64,000 bases of DNA from Candidatus Enterousia onthequi (GCA_018064365.1 JAGHVJ010000005.1:7982-71981); one strand, 5' to 3'; numbered from the stretch's first letter, positions 38,790-49,100 are shown. Notes: generated by a model not told the origin, from the sequence alone. A program made the numbers and translations.

Positions 38790-38885
38790 TATCTTTATGA
38801 TTATAACCTTGTTATTTGATAATTGCAAAATTAAAATGAAAGTGTATAATTTCGCGGTGTAGTTATAAATTGTTAGGTGATTATT

Positions 38886-39356
38886 ATGGAAAAGAAACCA
38901 ATTTCACGTGCTGGATTTGAAGCACTGTTAAAAGAATTAAAAGATTTAAAGGAAGTTCAACGCCCTGAAATATTGCGTGTTGTTCAATGGGCGCGGTCTT
39001 TGGGGGATTTGTCAGAAAATGCTGATTACAGTGCGGCACGTGAAAAACAACGTCAAATTGATAAAAGAATTCAATATATCGAAGAAATTGTGTCTAATGC
39101 AAATGTGATTGATGTTGATTCTTTGTCTGGGAATCGTGTTGTGTTTGGCGCGCGTGTTGTTGCCGAAGATGAAGATGGCAATCGTATGCAATGTCGGATT
39201 TTGTCGGATGTGGAATCTGATGGACGACAAATAATTTCTTGTACTTCGCCGGTGGGACGTGCGTTGATTGGTCGCTGTGTTGGTGATTGTTGCACGGTTA
39301 AATTGCCGTCTGGGGAAAAAGAATTTGAAATTATCGAGGTTAAATTCAAAGAATAA
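38886..39356 (+). CDS. greA: Transcription elongation factor GreA
   Basis: ISRAGFEALLKELKDLKEVQRPEILRVVQWARSLGDLSENADYSAAREKQ. AGGTGA RBS before ATG 38886. Confidence 0.93.
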   Translation: MEKKPISRAGFEALLKELKDLKEVQRPEILRVVQWARSLGDLSENADYSAAREKQRQIDKRIQYIEEIVSNANVIDVDSLSGNRVVFGARVVAEDEDGNRMQCRILSDVESDGRQIISCTSPVGRALIGRCVGDCCTVKLPSGEKEFEIIEVKFKE

Positions 39357-39387
39357 AATTTTTTAAATCAGAAAGGTAAGGAAATTT

Positions 39388-41163
39388 ATGTCTGTTCGGG
39401 TATTGCCTGATTTTTTGGTGAATCAAATCGCTGCCGGCGAGGTGGTAGAAAATCCCGCCAGTGTGGTTAAAGAACTGGTGGAAAATGCGCTGGATGCGGG
39501 GGCAGACCAAATTGTTATTGATGTCGTTGATGGTGGACGGACAAGTATTTCTGTTGTTGATAATGGGCATGGGATGGGGCGTGAAGATTTGTCTCGGGCG
39601 ATATTGCGACACGCAACTTCTAAATTGCCAGATGATGATTTAACGCATATTACATATATGGGGTTCCGTGGCGAGGCATTGCCTTCAATCGCTTCTGTGT
39701 CGGATATGACGATTGATACATTTACAGATGGTGATGTAAATGGATGGCAATTAAATGCGACAACTGGTGAAATACGGCCTTGTTCGTGGGATAGTGGAAC
39801 GCGTATTCGTGTGCAAAATTTATTTTCACGAACGCCGGCTCGATTAAAATTTTTGCGTGGGGATAGGGCGGAAACAATGTCCGTGTTGGATGTTGTTAAA
39901 CGGTTGGCGATGGCGCGTCGTGATGTTGGATTTGTATTGAATAACAAATGGTTTTTTCCAAAAAATCAAGATTTATTAGAACGTATGGTCGCAGTTATGG
40001 GGGATGATATTGTCGGACGCATGTTGGAAATCAATGCAAAATCCGAATCGGATGATATGAAATTGACGGGTTTTATATCAGAACCGACTCTGCGGCGTGC
40101 GTCGGGTGTTGACCAATTTTTATTTGTTAACGGCAGACCTGTTAAAGACAAGGTTGTTGTTGGGGCTTTGCGTGCGGCATATATGGATGTTATGCATGCG
40201 CGTGAGTTTCCTTTGTGTGCTTTGTTTCTGGAATTAAATCCGGCAAATGTTGATGTTAATGTATCGCCTGCCAAGACCGAAGTGCATTTTTTAGAACCAT
40301 CGCATGTGCGTGCGTTTATAATAAAGCATTTACGTGCACGATTGGCCGAGACAATGCATGATGTTTCGTTGAATAATGTTGTGCGACATACTGAAATGAC
40401 GCCTGTTCAAATGAATATACCAAAACAGAGTAATAGTGTTGATTTTGCGCGTACTGAAAATAAAGCAGGTGTGTTTCGTGTTGCGGCACCTGAATCACAT
40501 AAAGATTTCTTTGTGCCACATGTTGCATCTGATTTTACTGTCAAAAAAGTGCCATGCGGTGATGTGGTGTCGCAATGTGTGGATGATGCGTTTTCTGATA
40601 TGCCTTTGGGACGGGCGATTGGACAAATTGGTGATAAATATATATTGGCTGAAAAAGATAATAATTTAATTATTGTTGACCAACATGCGGCGCATGAACG
40701 TATCACGTATGAACGTGTTCGCCAACATGCGATAAAGGTGCAGCCTTTGTTAACGCCGATTGTTATAAATATGCGTGATGCGGATGTTGTTGCGATTATG
40801 TCAATCCAAGATGAATTAAAATCTTCGGGGTTGGGGGTGGATGCGTTTGGTGATACGGCGGTCGCAATATTTGAAAAACCCAGCAGTTGGGATTTGAATT
40901 GGGCAGATTTGTTGCATGATATTGCAGACGAGGTTCGCGCCAATGGACATTCGGTACAATTAAATGAAAAACTGCATTTGAAATTGGCAAATTGGGCGTG
41001 TCATCATTCTGTGCGTGCAGGACAAAAATTAGATTTGAATCAAATGAACGCGTTATTGCGTGATATAGAAAATACTACACGTGGCGGTCAATGTAATCAT
41101 GGGCGTCCAGTGTATAAAATTATTCCAATTTCTGATTTGGATATAATTTTTGAAAGAAGTTAA
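39388..41163 (+). CDS. mutL: DNA mismatch repair protein MutL
   Basis: IAAGEVVENPASVVKELVENALDAGA, VVDNGHGM, GFRGEALPSI. C-terminal dimerisation domain with DQHAAHERI. Confidence 0.95.
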   Translation: MSVRVLPDFLVNQIAAGEVVENPASVVKELVENALDAGADQIVIDVVDGGRTSISVVDNGHGMGREDLSRAILRHATSKLPDDDLTHITYMGFRGEALPSIASVSDMTIDTFTDGDVNGWQLNATTGEIRPCSWDSGTRIRVQNLFSRTPARLKFLRGDRAETMSVLDVVKRLAMARRDVGFVLNNKWFFPKNQDLLERMVAVMGDDIVGRMLEINAKSESDDMKLTGFISEPTLRRASGVDQFLFVNGRPVKDKVVVGALRAAYMDVMHAREFPLCALFLELNPANVDVNVSPAKTEVHFLEPSHVRAFIIKHLRARLAETMHDVSLNNVVRHTEMTPVQMNIPKQSNSVDFARTENKAGVFRVAAPESHKDFFVPHVASDFTVKKVPCGDVVSQCVDDAFSDMPLGRAIGQIGDKYILAEKDNNLIIVDQHAAHERITYERVRQHAIKVQPLLTPIVINMRDADVVAIMSIQDELKSSGLGVDAFGDTAVAIFEKPSSWDLNWADLLHDIADEVRANGHSVQLNEKLHLKLANWACHHSVRAGQKLDLNQMNALLRDIENTTRGGQCNHGRPVYKIIPISDLDIIFERS

Positions 41164-41232
41164 ATTTTTTGATTGTGGAAAAAATAGAAATATGTTATTA
41201 TTTACAGCAAGATGTGAACAAAGGAAGGGAAC

Positions 41233-41661
41233 ATGAAAAAAATTTTGTTTGGTATTTTTGGTGTGTTGTTGGGTGTTGCTGGTGCAAATGCGGCGGATAT
41301 AATAAAAACAGCGACAACAAATACTGTGAATAGAAGGATTTATAATATCAATTATGGTAGTGCGGCGACTGCAGATTTGACCAGAGGGTATCGCAAGGGG
41401 GTTATTCCGCAGACGAATGAGTTGAATACAGCAGAGGGCAATACAAGTAGTGATATTAGTGGTGTTACAGTTGGAAATTTGGCTGCTGCGTCGACCGAGT
41501 CAATAACGGCAAATACTGCGAATATCAAGGTGTTGGATCGTGATAAATTGGTGACGCCAGGGACTGGTAATTGTACGACGGGTGTGCCGTGTGGGTATGT
41601 GACAATTGGAAATCATGCTAATGATTCAACAAATCATGTTTGGGTCAAGATTGTTGAATAG
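41233..41661 (+). CDS. Small secreted protein (142 aa) sharing a C-terminal Cys-loop module with the 16976 and 51367 paralogues
   Basis: Signal peptide MKKILFGIFGVLLGVAGANA. The C-terminus IKVLDRDKLVTPGTGNCTTGVPCGYV...HVWVKIVE parallels IQILQDTKQTRPDESCPANMKCLLV...HWYPIIEP. Confidence 0.65.
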   Translation: MKKILFGIFGVLLGVAGANAADIIKTATTNTVNRRIYNINYGSAATADLTRGYRKGVIPQTNELNTAEGNTSSDISGVTVGNLAAASTESITANTANIKVLDRDKLVTPGTGNCTTGVPCGYVTIGNHANDSTNHVWVKIVE

Positions 41662-41717
41662 TTGTGTATTGATATGGATAGAAAAAAATTGTGATATATT
41701 CGTTTTTTTGAATTTTG

Positions 41718-41746
41718 TTCGGCATATTTTTATGCCGAATTTTTTT
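41718..41746 (+). terminator. Intrinsic terminator
   Basis: TTCGGCATA-TTTT-TATGCCGAA followed by TTTTTTT. Confidence 0.8.
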
Positions 41747-41835
41747 GTTTTTATCCTTTGTTGAGTTTTGGTAATTTTTTCTTTACTTTTTCGGCTTTTT
41801 TGTCTATGTTGCACACATAATCAAAAGGAGAAATC

Positions 41836-42153
41836 ATGGAAAATACTGTTGATATGGCAAATGTTGTAACCCCAGATGCGGCTGCGGCCCAGAATGGCAG
41901 TTGGTTTGGTATGCTGGTGTATTGTGCGATTGTGTTTGGAATTATTTATTTTGTGATGGTGTGTCCGACTAAACGTCGTATGGCAGAATATCAAAAAATG
42001 CTGGATTCTTTGCAGGTTGGTAATCGTGTTTTGGCAGGCGGTATTTATGGAACGATTAAGTCTATAAGTGAAAAATCTGTTGAATTAGAAATTGCAAAAG
42101 GCGTTGTTGTCGAGGTCAGCAAAAATGCTGTGGCGTCTGTTGAATCAAAATAA
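41836..42153 (+). CDS. yajC: Preprotein translocase subunit YajC
   Basis: Single TM, then PTKRRMAEYQKMLDSLQVGNRVLAGGIYGTIKSI. Immediately upstream of secD. Confidence 0.88.
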   Translation: MENTVDMANVVTPDAAAAQNGSWFGMLVYCAIVFGIIYFVMVCPTKRRMAEYQKMLDSLQVGNRVLAGGIYGTIKSISEKSVELEIAKGVVVEVSKNAVASVESK

Positions 42154-42168
42154 AAGGGTGGTTTAGTT

Positions 42169-43728
42169 ATGTTTAAAAAACTGGCGATTGTTTTTGTTGC
42201 GCTGTTTTGTGTGTTGTTGTCTGTGCCGACAATGTTTTCTGGGGCGGCGCGGTATTTCCCGTCTTGGGTTCATCCGATAAATCTGGGTTTGGATTTAAAA
42301 GGTGGGGCTCAATTATTATTAGAGGTCAATACCGACCAAATGTTTGTGGATAAATCTGTCCAATTGTATGACGAAGTTCGTGCTGCATTGGTGGACAGAA
42401 ATCGTGGTGTTATTCGGTTTTCTAATTTGCGCAATGTGGATGGTGTTATTACATTAAATGTGCGTGATTCGTCAGAAGTGTCCAAGGCCAAGGGTAGATT
42501 GAAAAGTGTCTTGGGAACAGGAACAGATGTGTCATCGTCGGGTTCTGTGGTGCGTGTGGCATATACGGACAAGCAGAAACAGGAAATGGTAAATGATGCT
42601 TTGGCACGTAGTATCGAAATTGTGCGTCGTCGTATAGATGCGTTGGGGACAAAAGAACCGTCTATTCAAAGTCAGGGTGGTAAATATATATTGGTACAGT
42701 TGCCGGGGGTTGATAACCCGGAACGTATTAAAGAGTTGATTGGACAGACTGCAAAAATGACATTTCATTTGGTAAATGAAAGTGTGTCGCCAGAACAGTT
42801 GTATTCTGGTCATGCGCCAAATGGAACGATGTTTTTACCATATATGGAAAACCCGGCGCAAATGGTGCCGGTGTATTCCAGAGTTGAGGTGTCTGGTGAT
42901 TCTTTGAAAGATTCCCAGGCGGATTTTGACCAAAATAATATGCCTGTGGTGACAACTGTGTTTGATGCGGCTGGGGCGCGTCGGTTTGCAAAGTTGACGA
43001 CCGAGCATGTAAATGAAAGATTCGCGATTGTTTTGGATGGTAAGGTTTTGTCTGCGCCAAATATTCGTGAACCAATTCCAGGTGGACGTGGTCAGATTTC
43101 TGGTGGGTTTACATTACAAGGTGCCAAAGATTTGGCTGTGTTGTTGCGTAGTGGTGCGTTGCCTGCGCCGCTGATAGTGATTGAAGAACGCACAGTGGGG
43201 GCTGGTTTGGGGGCGGATACAATTGCGTCTGGTAAAATTGGCTCTGCGATTGGTGTGTTGTTTGTTATATTGTTTATGATAATAACATACGGATTTTTTG
43301 GTTTTATTGCGGATGTTGTATTGTTGGTGAATTTGGCGATGATTGTTGGTGTTTCTGCGTTATGTGGTGCAACATTAACTTTGCCAGGTATCGCAGGTAT
43401 CGTGTTGACTTTGGGTATGGCGGTGGACGCGAATATTTTGCCGTATGAACGTATCCGTGACGAAGTGCGTGCCGGTGTCCCAACGTTGCGTGCGGTCGAT
43501 ATGGGCTTTACGCGTTCTGTCAAGACTGTTATGGATGGAAATTTGACGAATTTAATTTGCTCGTTGATATTGTTTGAATTTGGTGCAGGTCCGATTCGTG
43601 GGTTTGCTGTGACATTATCAATCGGTGTGATAACAACTTTGTTTACTTGTCTTGTGTTGTCGCGTGTGTTGATTGATTGGTATATGGGTGGTAAAAATAA
43701 AAAAATCGGATTTATTAGAAATAAGTAA
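42169..43728 (+). CDS. secD: Protein translocase subunit SecD
   Basis: INLGLDLKGGAQLLLEV, large periplasmic domain, C-terminal six-TM bundle with GIAGIVLTLGMAVDANIL. Confidence 0.93.
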   Translation: MFKKLAIVFVALFCVLLSVPTMFSGAARYFPSWVHPINLGLDLKGGAQLLLEVNTDQMFVDKSVQLYDEVRAALVDRNRGVIRFSNLRNVDGVITLNVRDSSEVSKAKGRLKSVLGTGTDVSSSGSVVRVAYTDKQKQEMVNDALARSIEIVRRRIDALGTKEPSIQSQGGKYILVQLPGVDNPERIKELIGQTAKMTFHLVNESVSPEQLYSGHAPNGTMFLPYMENPAQMVPVYSRVEVSGDSLKDSQADFDQNNMPVVTTVFDAAGARRFAKLTTEHVNERFAIVLDGKVLSAPNIREPIPGGRGQISGGFTLQGAKDLAVLLRSGALPAPLIVIEERTVGAGLGADTIASGKIGSAIGVLFVILFMIITYGFFGFIADVVLLVNLAMIVGVSALCGATLTLPGIAGIVLTLGMAVDANILPYERIRDEVRAGVPTLRAVDMGFTRSVKTVMDGNLTNLICSLILFEFGAGPIRGFAVTLSIGVITTLFTCLVLSRVLIDWYMGGKNKKIGFIRNK

Positions 43729-43741
43729 AAGGGTGGATGTT

Positions 43742-44605
43742 ATGCAATTACATTTTATGAAATATCGCAAGTTGTCTTACTGGATATCTGGGATATTGGT
43801 TTTGTTGTCGGTTGTGTGTTTGGTCTTTCGTGGATTAAATTATGGAATTGACTTTTCTGGGGGTATCTCGATGGAGGTTATTCCGCAATCTGCTGATTAT
43901 ACTGTTGATAAAATGCGTGCGGCGTTGGCGGAATTTAAACCAGAATTACAGGCCGTGGATGGTGGTGCTGTGTTGGTGCGTGTTGGTTTGCCAAAAGGTT
44001 CAACTGATGCTCAACAAAATGAAAGGGTTAGCCAGATTAAAAATATCTTGGGTGATAATGTTTCTTATTCCCAGGTACAGATTGTTGGACCAAAAATTGG
44101 TGGCGAATTGATTCGTGGCGGTATTTTGGCTGTATTAGTTTCGTTTGTTTTGATGTCTGTTTATATCTGGATTCGTTATCGCGGCGGATATGCGGTTGGC
44201 TCATTTGTATCGTTGGTTTTGGATTTTGTTTTAATGTTTGGGTTCTTTTCGTTGACAGGATTAGAATTTAATCAGACGGCAATTGCAGTTATTTTGATGG
44301 GTATCGGATATTCTATTAATGACAAGGTTGTAAACTATGACCGAATCGATGAAAATATTAAACGCTATCATAAAATGCATATGGATGATTTGATTGATTT
44401 ATCTGTGAATGAAATGTTGCATCGAACTGTGATGACCAGTGTTTCGACAATTCTGGCGATGGTCGGGTTGTATGTGTTTGGTGGTATAATGCTGCATGAT
44501 TTTGCGGTTGCTATGACATTTAGTATTGTTATGGGAACATTGACATCTATTTATATTTCTAATGTTATTTTGTATCACTTTAATTTGCGTGAAACAAAAT
44601 ATTAA
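43742..44605 (+). CDS. secF: Protein translocase subunit SecF
   Basis: LNYGIDFSGG, GYSINDKVVNYDRIDEN. Start set at ATG 43742 rather than the overlapping ORF-track start. Confidence 0.9.
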   Translation: MQLHFMKYRKLSYWISGILVLLSVVCLVFRGLNYGIDFSGGISMEVIPQSADYTVDKMRAALAEFKPELQAVDGGAVLVRVGLPKGSTDAQQNERVSQIKNILGDNVSYSQVQIVGPKIGGELIRGGILAVLVSFVLMSVYIWIRYRGGYAVGSFVSLVLDFVLMFGFFSLTGLEFNQTAIAVILMGIGYSINDKVVNYDRIDENIKRYHKMHMDDLIDLSVNEMLHRTVMTSVSTILAMVGLYVFGGIMLHDFAVAMTFSIVMGTLTSIYISNVILYHFNLRETKY

Positions 44606-44638
44606 ACGTATTGGTCAATGCATAAAAAGGGGGGCGTA

Positions 44639-46102
44639 ATGAAAATATCAACAATAATTTGTTCTATGGTTTTTGCATTGACTGTTGGTTTAGCGCATGC
44701 AAATGTGCCGGATGCTGCGGTTGATACATTTGCAGAAATTTATGAAAAGTTAGATTCTGTCCAGTGGGGTGGAAAAAATATAGGCGTTGTTATTGAGTCG
44801 TTAGAACATTTAAGTCCAAATGCGCATTTGGCGGCAACAGATGATAGAATTATTTTAGTGTGGCGCGATTCTATTGTGGGTAATTTTGCGCAACCGCGTG
44901 CCGGAGATTGGGTAGGATATGGTAAAATTACAACTGCGTTGATTGATAAGATGCGTGAACGCGATGATTCTTTGGCGGCGATGAATATGGATGAAATGTA
45001 TGAACGCGCGTTTGATGCGTTGATGCAAGGGATAGATGAAAGTGGTAGATATATTCCACAAAAAAAATTATTAGCAAATTATGATAATCGTATTTTAACC
45101 AGTCTTGGCTTGTCGGGGTGGCGCGATGAAAAAGGCAATTTTCGTGTCGGATCTGTGATTCAAGGGTCACCTGCTGATATGGCTGGGGTGGCACAATACG
45201 ATTTGATTGATATGGTTAATGGAAAATATGTTCGTGATATGAATGATTTGGAATTAGATGCGGTTTTCCAAGGCTTAAACAGTGGAACTGCAAAATTGCA
45301 TTTGTTGACACCGTCTGGTAATCGTAGTGTTGTTTTACGTCGTGCAACAATTGTTTTAACAGATGCGGATATTATTTTCCGTCCAATAGATGATGGTGGA
45401 ATATTGGAAATTATCGTAAATGAAGTTTCTGATAATGCGGTCAATATTGTGAACGAAGCTTTGGCTAAATATAAAAATGCAACGGGAATTATTTTAGATT
45501 TAAGGGCGGCAAATGGTACTGATGCGCGTGTTGCGACAAAGTTGGCTGGATTATTCTTGGGTGGGAAACCTGTTATGCGTGTATCTCAGACTGCGGGTGA
45601 AGATATGGAATATGTGCCGGGTGGCGATGCGGCAACGGACGCAATGTTGGTTGTTTTAATGTCGAATACTACACGTGGAACGCCAGAGGCGATTGCGTCT
45701 GCGATTTATGAAAATTCGCGTGGGGTGTTGGTCGGAACCCCAACAGCAGGGGGTGCGCGTATCGCAACACGTATTGATTTGTCAAATGGTGGCGCATTGG
45801 AATTATTGAACAAGTCTATTAAATCTGGTTCTGGGATTGATTTAGATTCTCGGGGTGTTTTCCCAATTGTGTGTTTATCAAATATTCGTTCAAATCGTCA
45901 GCAAAATGCTTTCTTTGTAAATGTGATAAATAATGATTTTAATATTCAAGATTTTAACAAAAATAAAAAAGTTGATGTGGCGGCTGTGCGCAAGGGATGT
46001 CCTGTGTTTACCAGTGGCGATGATGAAGATATGATGGCATCTGCGGTCGCAACAAAAATTTTAACGGATAAAATAATATATAATAGGTTGATTGCAGAGT
46101 AA
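44639..46102 (+). CDS. S41 (C-terminal processing peptidase)-family homologue with PDZ domain. The catalytic Ser/Lys appear substituted
   Basis: Signal peptide. PDZ segment VIQGSPADMAGVAQYDLIDMVNG. S41 core ILDLRAANG... . The SASASE...TFGKG block of Prc aligns without gaps to TRGTPE...TAGGA. Confidence 0.7.
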   Translation: MKISTIICSMVFALTVGLAHANVPDAAVDTFAEIYEKLDSVQWGGKNIGVVIESLEHLSPNAHLAATDDRIILVWRDSIVGNFAQPRAGDWVGYGKITTALIDKMRERDDSLAAMNMDEMYERAFDALMQGIDESGRYIPQKKLLANYDNRILTSLGLSGWRDEKGNFRVGSVIQGSPADMAGVAQYDLIDMVNGKYVRDMNDLELDAVFQGLNSGTAKLHLLTPSGNRSVVLRRATIVLTDADIIFRPIDDGGILEIIVNEVSDNAVNIVNEALAKYKNATGIILDLRAANGTDARVATKLAGLFLGGKPVMRVSQTAGEDMEYVPGGDAATDAMLVVLMSNTTRGTPEAIASAIYENSRGVLVGTPTAGGARIATRIDLSNGGALELLNKSIKSGSGIDLDSRGVFPIVCLSNIRSNRQQNAFFVNVINNDFNIQDFNKNKKVDVAAVRKGCPVFTSGDDEDMMASAVATKILTDKIIYNRLIAE

Positions 46103-46112
46103 GGAAAGGCAA

Positions 46113-46796
46113 ATGTTTATTTCAAAACAAAATACAATTAGATGGAAACTTTTGGTTGTTGCAATGTTGGTTGTTGCGGTGGCTGTGTGGTTGGGTGTTC
46201 GTCAATATGATATACCTGTGTATTTATATTTGCAGCGATATAATTATGCTGTGTGGCGTTGGTTTGCACATATTTTCGATGGCAAGGTTTGGATTGTTGT
46301 GTTTGGTTTGGCAACGATAATTATGTATTTGAAAAAAACATATGATTTGCGAAATGACCCGACAACGCATATGCATTGGTTTAATATTAAATTTTTAACA
46401 CGTGATGCGTATGCAAAATTAAAAAACAGTAATGCGTTTTTGGTATTTTGTTCTTTGTTGGGAACGGGTGTTGTTGTTGAAATATTAAAGTTTGTGATTG
46501 GACGTGCGCGACCAATATTTTTTGATGAATTTAGAATCGTTGGATTTTTCCCGTGGACATCAGAGTGGGCTTTTAATTCTATGCCATCTGGACATACAGC
46601 GTTATCGTTTGCAGGATTGGTTATGTTGGGCATGTTGATGCCACGGTTTAAATGGTTGACGTGGACATTGGCGATTGTAATTGGGGTATCCCGTGTTGCG
46701 GTTGGGGCGCATTGGCCGACAGATGTGTTGTTGGGGGCGTTTATAGGTATGGTAATGGCCGATTTTGTTTTGGCAATCGTACGAAGAAAAAAATGA
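46113..46796 (+). CDS. PAP2-family membrane phosphatase (lipid phosphatase; lipid A/undecaprenyl-PP phosphatase type)
   Basis: All three PAP2 motifs are present: KFVIGRARP, PSGH, SRVAVGAHWPTD. Multiple TM segments. Confidence 0.8.
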   Translation: MFISKQNTIRWKLLVVAMLVVAVAVWLGVRQYDIPVYLYLQRYNYAVWRWFAHIFDGKVWIVVFGLATIIMYLKKTYDLRNDPTTHMHWFNIKFLTRDAYAKLKNSNAFLVFCSLLGTGVVVEILKFVIGRARPIFFDEFRIVGFFPWTSEWAFNSMPSGHTALSFAGLVMLGMLMPRFKWLTWTLAIVIGVSRVAVGAHWPTDVLLGAFIGMVMADFVLAIVRRKK

Positions 46797-46802
46797 TTTA
46801 AT

Positions 46803-46831
46803 CCGACGGAATTCCGTCGGTTTTGTTTTTT
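46803..46831 (+). terminator. Intrinsic terminator
   Basis: Perfect palindrome CCGACGGAATTCCGTCGG followed by TTTTGTTTTTT. Confidence 0.8.
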
Positions 46832-46877
46832 GTAAACCTGTCTTTAATTTTAGGATTTTTTGTGATATAATCGGCGT

Positions 46878-49100
46878 ATGGAGAAAAAATCTAGATTTTT
46901 ACCGGAAAGGTTATCTGGTGCATTAAAAGACTTGGCTTGGCGTTTGTTGGGCGGGTTGATGTTTTTGTTTGGTGGTGTCGCAATTTTGGCGGCTGTGTTT
47001 CATAATCCGTATCTGGATGGATGGGCGACTGCCAGTACTTTTGGTAATCATGGTTTAATGGGGAATTTTATTGCGTTTATGCGATATGTGTTTGGTTTTA
47101 TGCCAATGATATTCTTGTTTTTGTGTTTGATGCGTGGTGGATTGTATTTTATCGGTGGGCGAAGTGATGATGTAACCCCAGAATACAATGTGTTGCGTGG
47201 ATTTATTGCATTATGTTTTGGTTGTATGGCGTTTGGAATGTTGGTGCCAGGTGGGTCTTTTGGTGGAATGTTGGGTGCGATTGTATCATCTGATATTGGT
47301 TATTTGATTGGTAATTGGCAGATTGCAATTGGTATTTTGTGTTTGGTTTCTTTTGCATGGATGGCGGGTGTTTTGTTAAATATAAAATGGTCATATGTTG
47401 TTCGTGTTGCCAAGTTGGTATGGAAAACAATTCGTTGGGTGTTGTCTGCGTTTCATATTTTGCCTGTGCGCGCTGATGATGAAATTGCAGAAGAAGAGGT
47501 TGTTGAAGAGGAAGCAGTAGAAGAAGAACAAGAAGAAGTCGCAGAAGAAAAACCAAAGAAAAAACGCAATGTTCGCAAGGTTGCACGCAATGATGAAACA
47601 GTTGTGGAATATGAATTGCCAGATCCTGCGTTTTTGGAAAAATCTGTGTTTGGAAAAAATATTGTGACCCCAGAATTAAAACGCAATGCCGAAGCGATGG
47701 AAGTTCATTTTTCGCAATATAATGTGTATGGCACGGTTACTGGAATTCGGCCTGGGCCGATTGTAACATTGTATGAATTTATGCCGGATGACGGAACAAA
47801 AATTGCCGATGTGACCAAGACTGTCAAAGATATGACACGCGCCATGGCGACAGAAAATATCCGTATTGCACATATTCCGTCTACTCAATTGATTGGTGTA
47901 GAAATGGTGAATTTGAAACGGCAAACGGTGCGTTTTCGTGGGCTGATTGAAAACGATATATTTGTAAATTCGCGGTATAAAATACCATTGGCGTTGGGTG
48001 TGGATATTGGTGGTAATCCAATGTATTTTGATTTGGCAAAAATGCCACATATGTTGATTGCTGGACGCACTGGGTCTGGAAAATCTGTATTTGTACAAAC
48101 AATAATTACTTCGATTGTGTATCATTTTACACCAGATAAATGCAAGTTGATTATTATTGATCCAAAAGGTGTCGATTTTGGATTTTGGGATGATATCCCG
48201 CATTTGATTACACCAATTGTAAAATTAGATCCGGCGGCGGCTGTAAATGCATTGAAATGGGCGGTGCGTGAAATGGAAGAACGTTATAAACAATTACAAA
48301 TTGTAAATGCGCGTAATATTGAAAGTTATAATGAAATTGTTGCTGGTAAACGTGCGGCAGGTGAAAAAATTACTCAACAAGTTGCGGTTGGCACAGATGA
48401 AGAAACTGGTGAAATGTTATTTGAAACGCAAGAGGTTGATTTGTCTGATATGCCGTATATAGTGATTATTATTGACGAGGTTGCGGATTTGATGTCTTTG
48501 GCGCGCAAAGAGGTCGAGGCATGTGTTCAACGTATTGCCCAAAAGGCGCGTGCGGCGGGAATTCATTTGGTTATGGCAACCCAGCGACCTGATGCTACGA
48601 CAATTACCGGCGTTATCAAGGCGAATTTCCCAACACGTGTTTCTTTCCAGGCGCGTAGTGTGATTGATTCGATGACTACATTGGGCGAAAAAGGCGCAGA
48701 ACAATTGTTGGCGATGGGCGATATGTTATTCAGCGAAGCGGGCAGGGTGCCTGTGCGAATTCATGCGGCATTTATTTCTGATGAGGAGTTGACGCGGATT
48801 GGTGATTTCTTGCGTAATATGGCAGAGCCAGAATATGCGGCGGGTGTTACTGATATGTCAGACCCAGAAGATGGTGCTGCGGTCGCTGCCCAATCTGCGT
48901 CAGAGAGTAAAGCCGCCAAAGATGGGGATTTATATACCCAAGCCAAGGAAATTGTTATTCGTGATAAAAAACCGACAATTTCTTATATCCAACGACGGTT
49001 AGGAATTGGTTATAACAAGGCTGCTGGATTTATGGAACGTATGGAACAAGAAGGTATTGTCAGTGCGCCTGATGCAAATAACAAACGGCAAATATTGTAA
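46878..49100 (+). CDS. ftsK: DNA translocase FtsK
   Basis: N-terminal TM domain. Acidic linker (EEEVVEEEAVEEEQEE). Motor with Walker A GRTGSGKS and IIIDEVADL. C-terminal gamma winged helix (ISYIQRRLGIGYNKAAGFMERME). Confidence 0.95.
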   Translation: MEKKSRFLPERLSGALKDLAWRLLGGLMFLFGGVAILAAVFHNPYLDGWATASTFGNHGLMGNFIAFMRYVFGFMPMIFLFLCLMRGGLYFIGGRSDDVTPEYNVLRGFIALCFGCMAFGMLVPGGSFGGMLGAIVSSDIGYLIGNWQIAIGILCLVSFAWMAGVLLNIKWSYVVRVAKLVWKTIRWVLSAFHILPVRADDEIAEEEVVEEEAVEEEQEEVAEEKPKKKRNVRKVARNDETVVEYELPDPAFLEKSVFGKNIVTPELKRNAEAMEVHFSQYNVYGTVTGIRPGPIVTLYEFMPDDGTKIADVTKTVKDMTRAMATENIRIAHIPSTQLIGVEMVNLKRQTVRFRGLIENDIFVNSRYKIPLALGVDIGGNPMYFDLAKMPHMLIAGRTGSGKSVFVQTIITSIVYHFTPDKCKLIIIDPKGVDFGFWDDIPHLITPIVKLDPAAAVNALKWAVREMEERYKQLQIVNARNIESYNEIVAGKRAAGEKITQQVAVGTDEETGEMLFETQEVDLSDMPYIVIIIDEVADLMSLARKEVEACVQRIAQKARAAGIHLVMATQRPDATTITGVIKANFPTRVSFQARSVIDSMTTLGEKGAEQLLAMGDMLFSEAGRVPVRIHAAFISDEELTRIGDFLRNMAEPEYAAGVTDMSDPEDGAAVAAQSASESKAAKDGDLYTQAKEIVIRDKKPTISYIQRRLGIGYNKAAGFMERMEQEGIVSAPDANNKRQIL

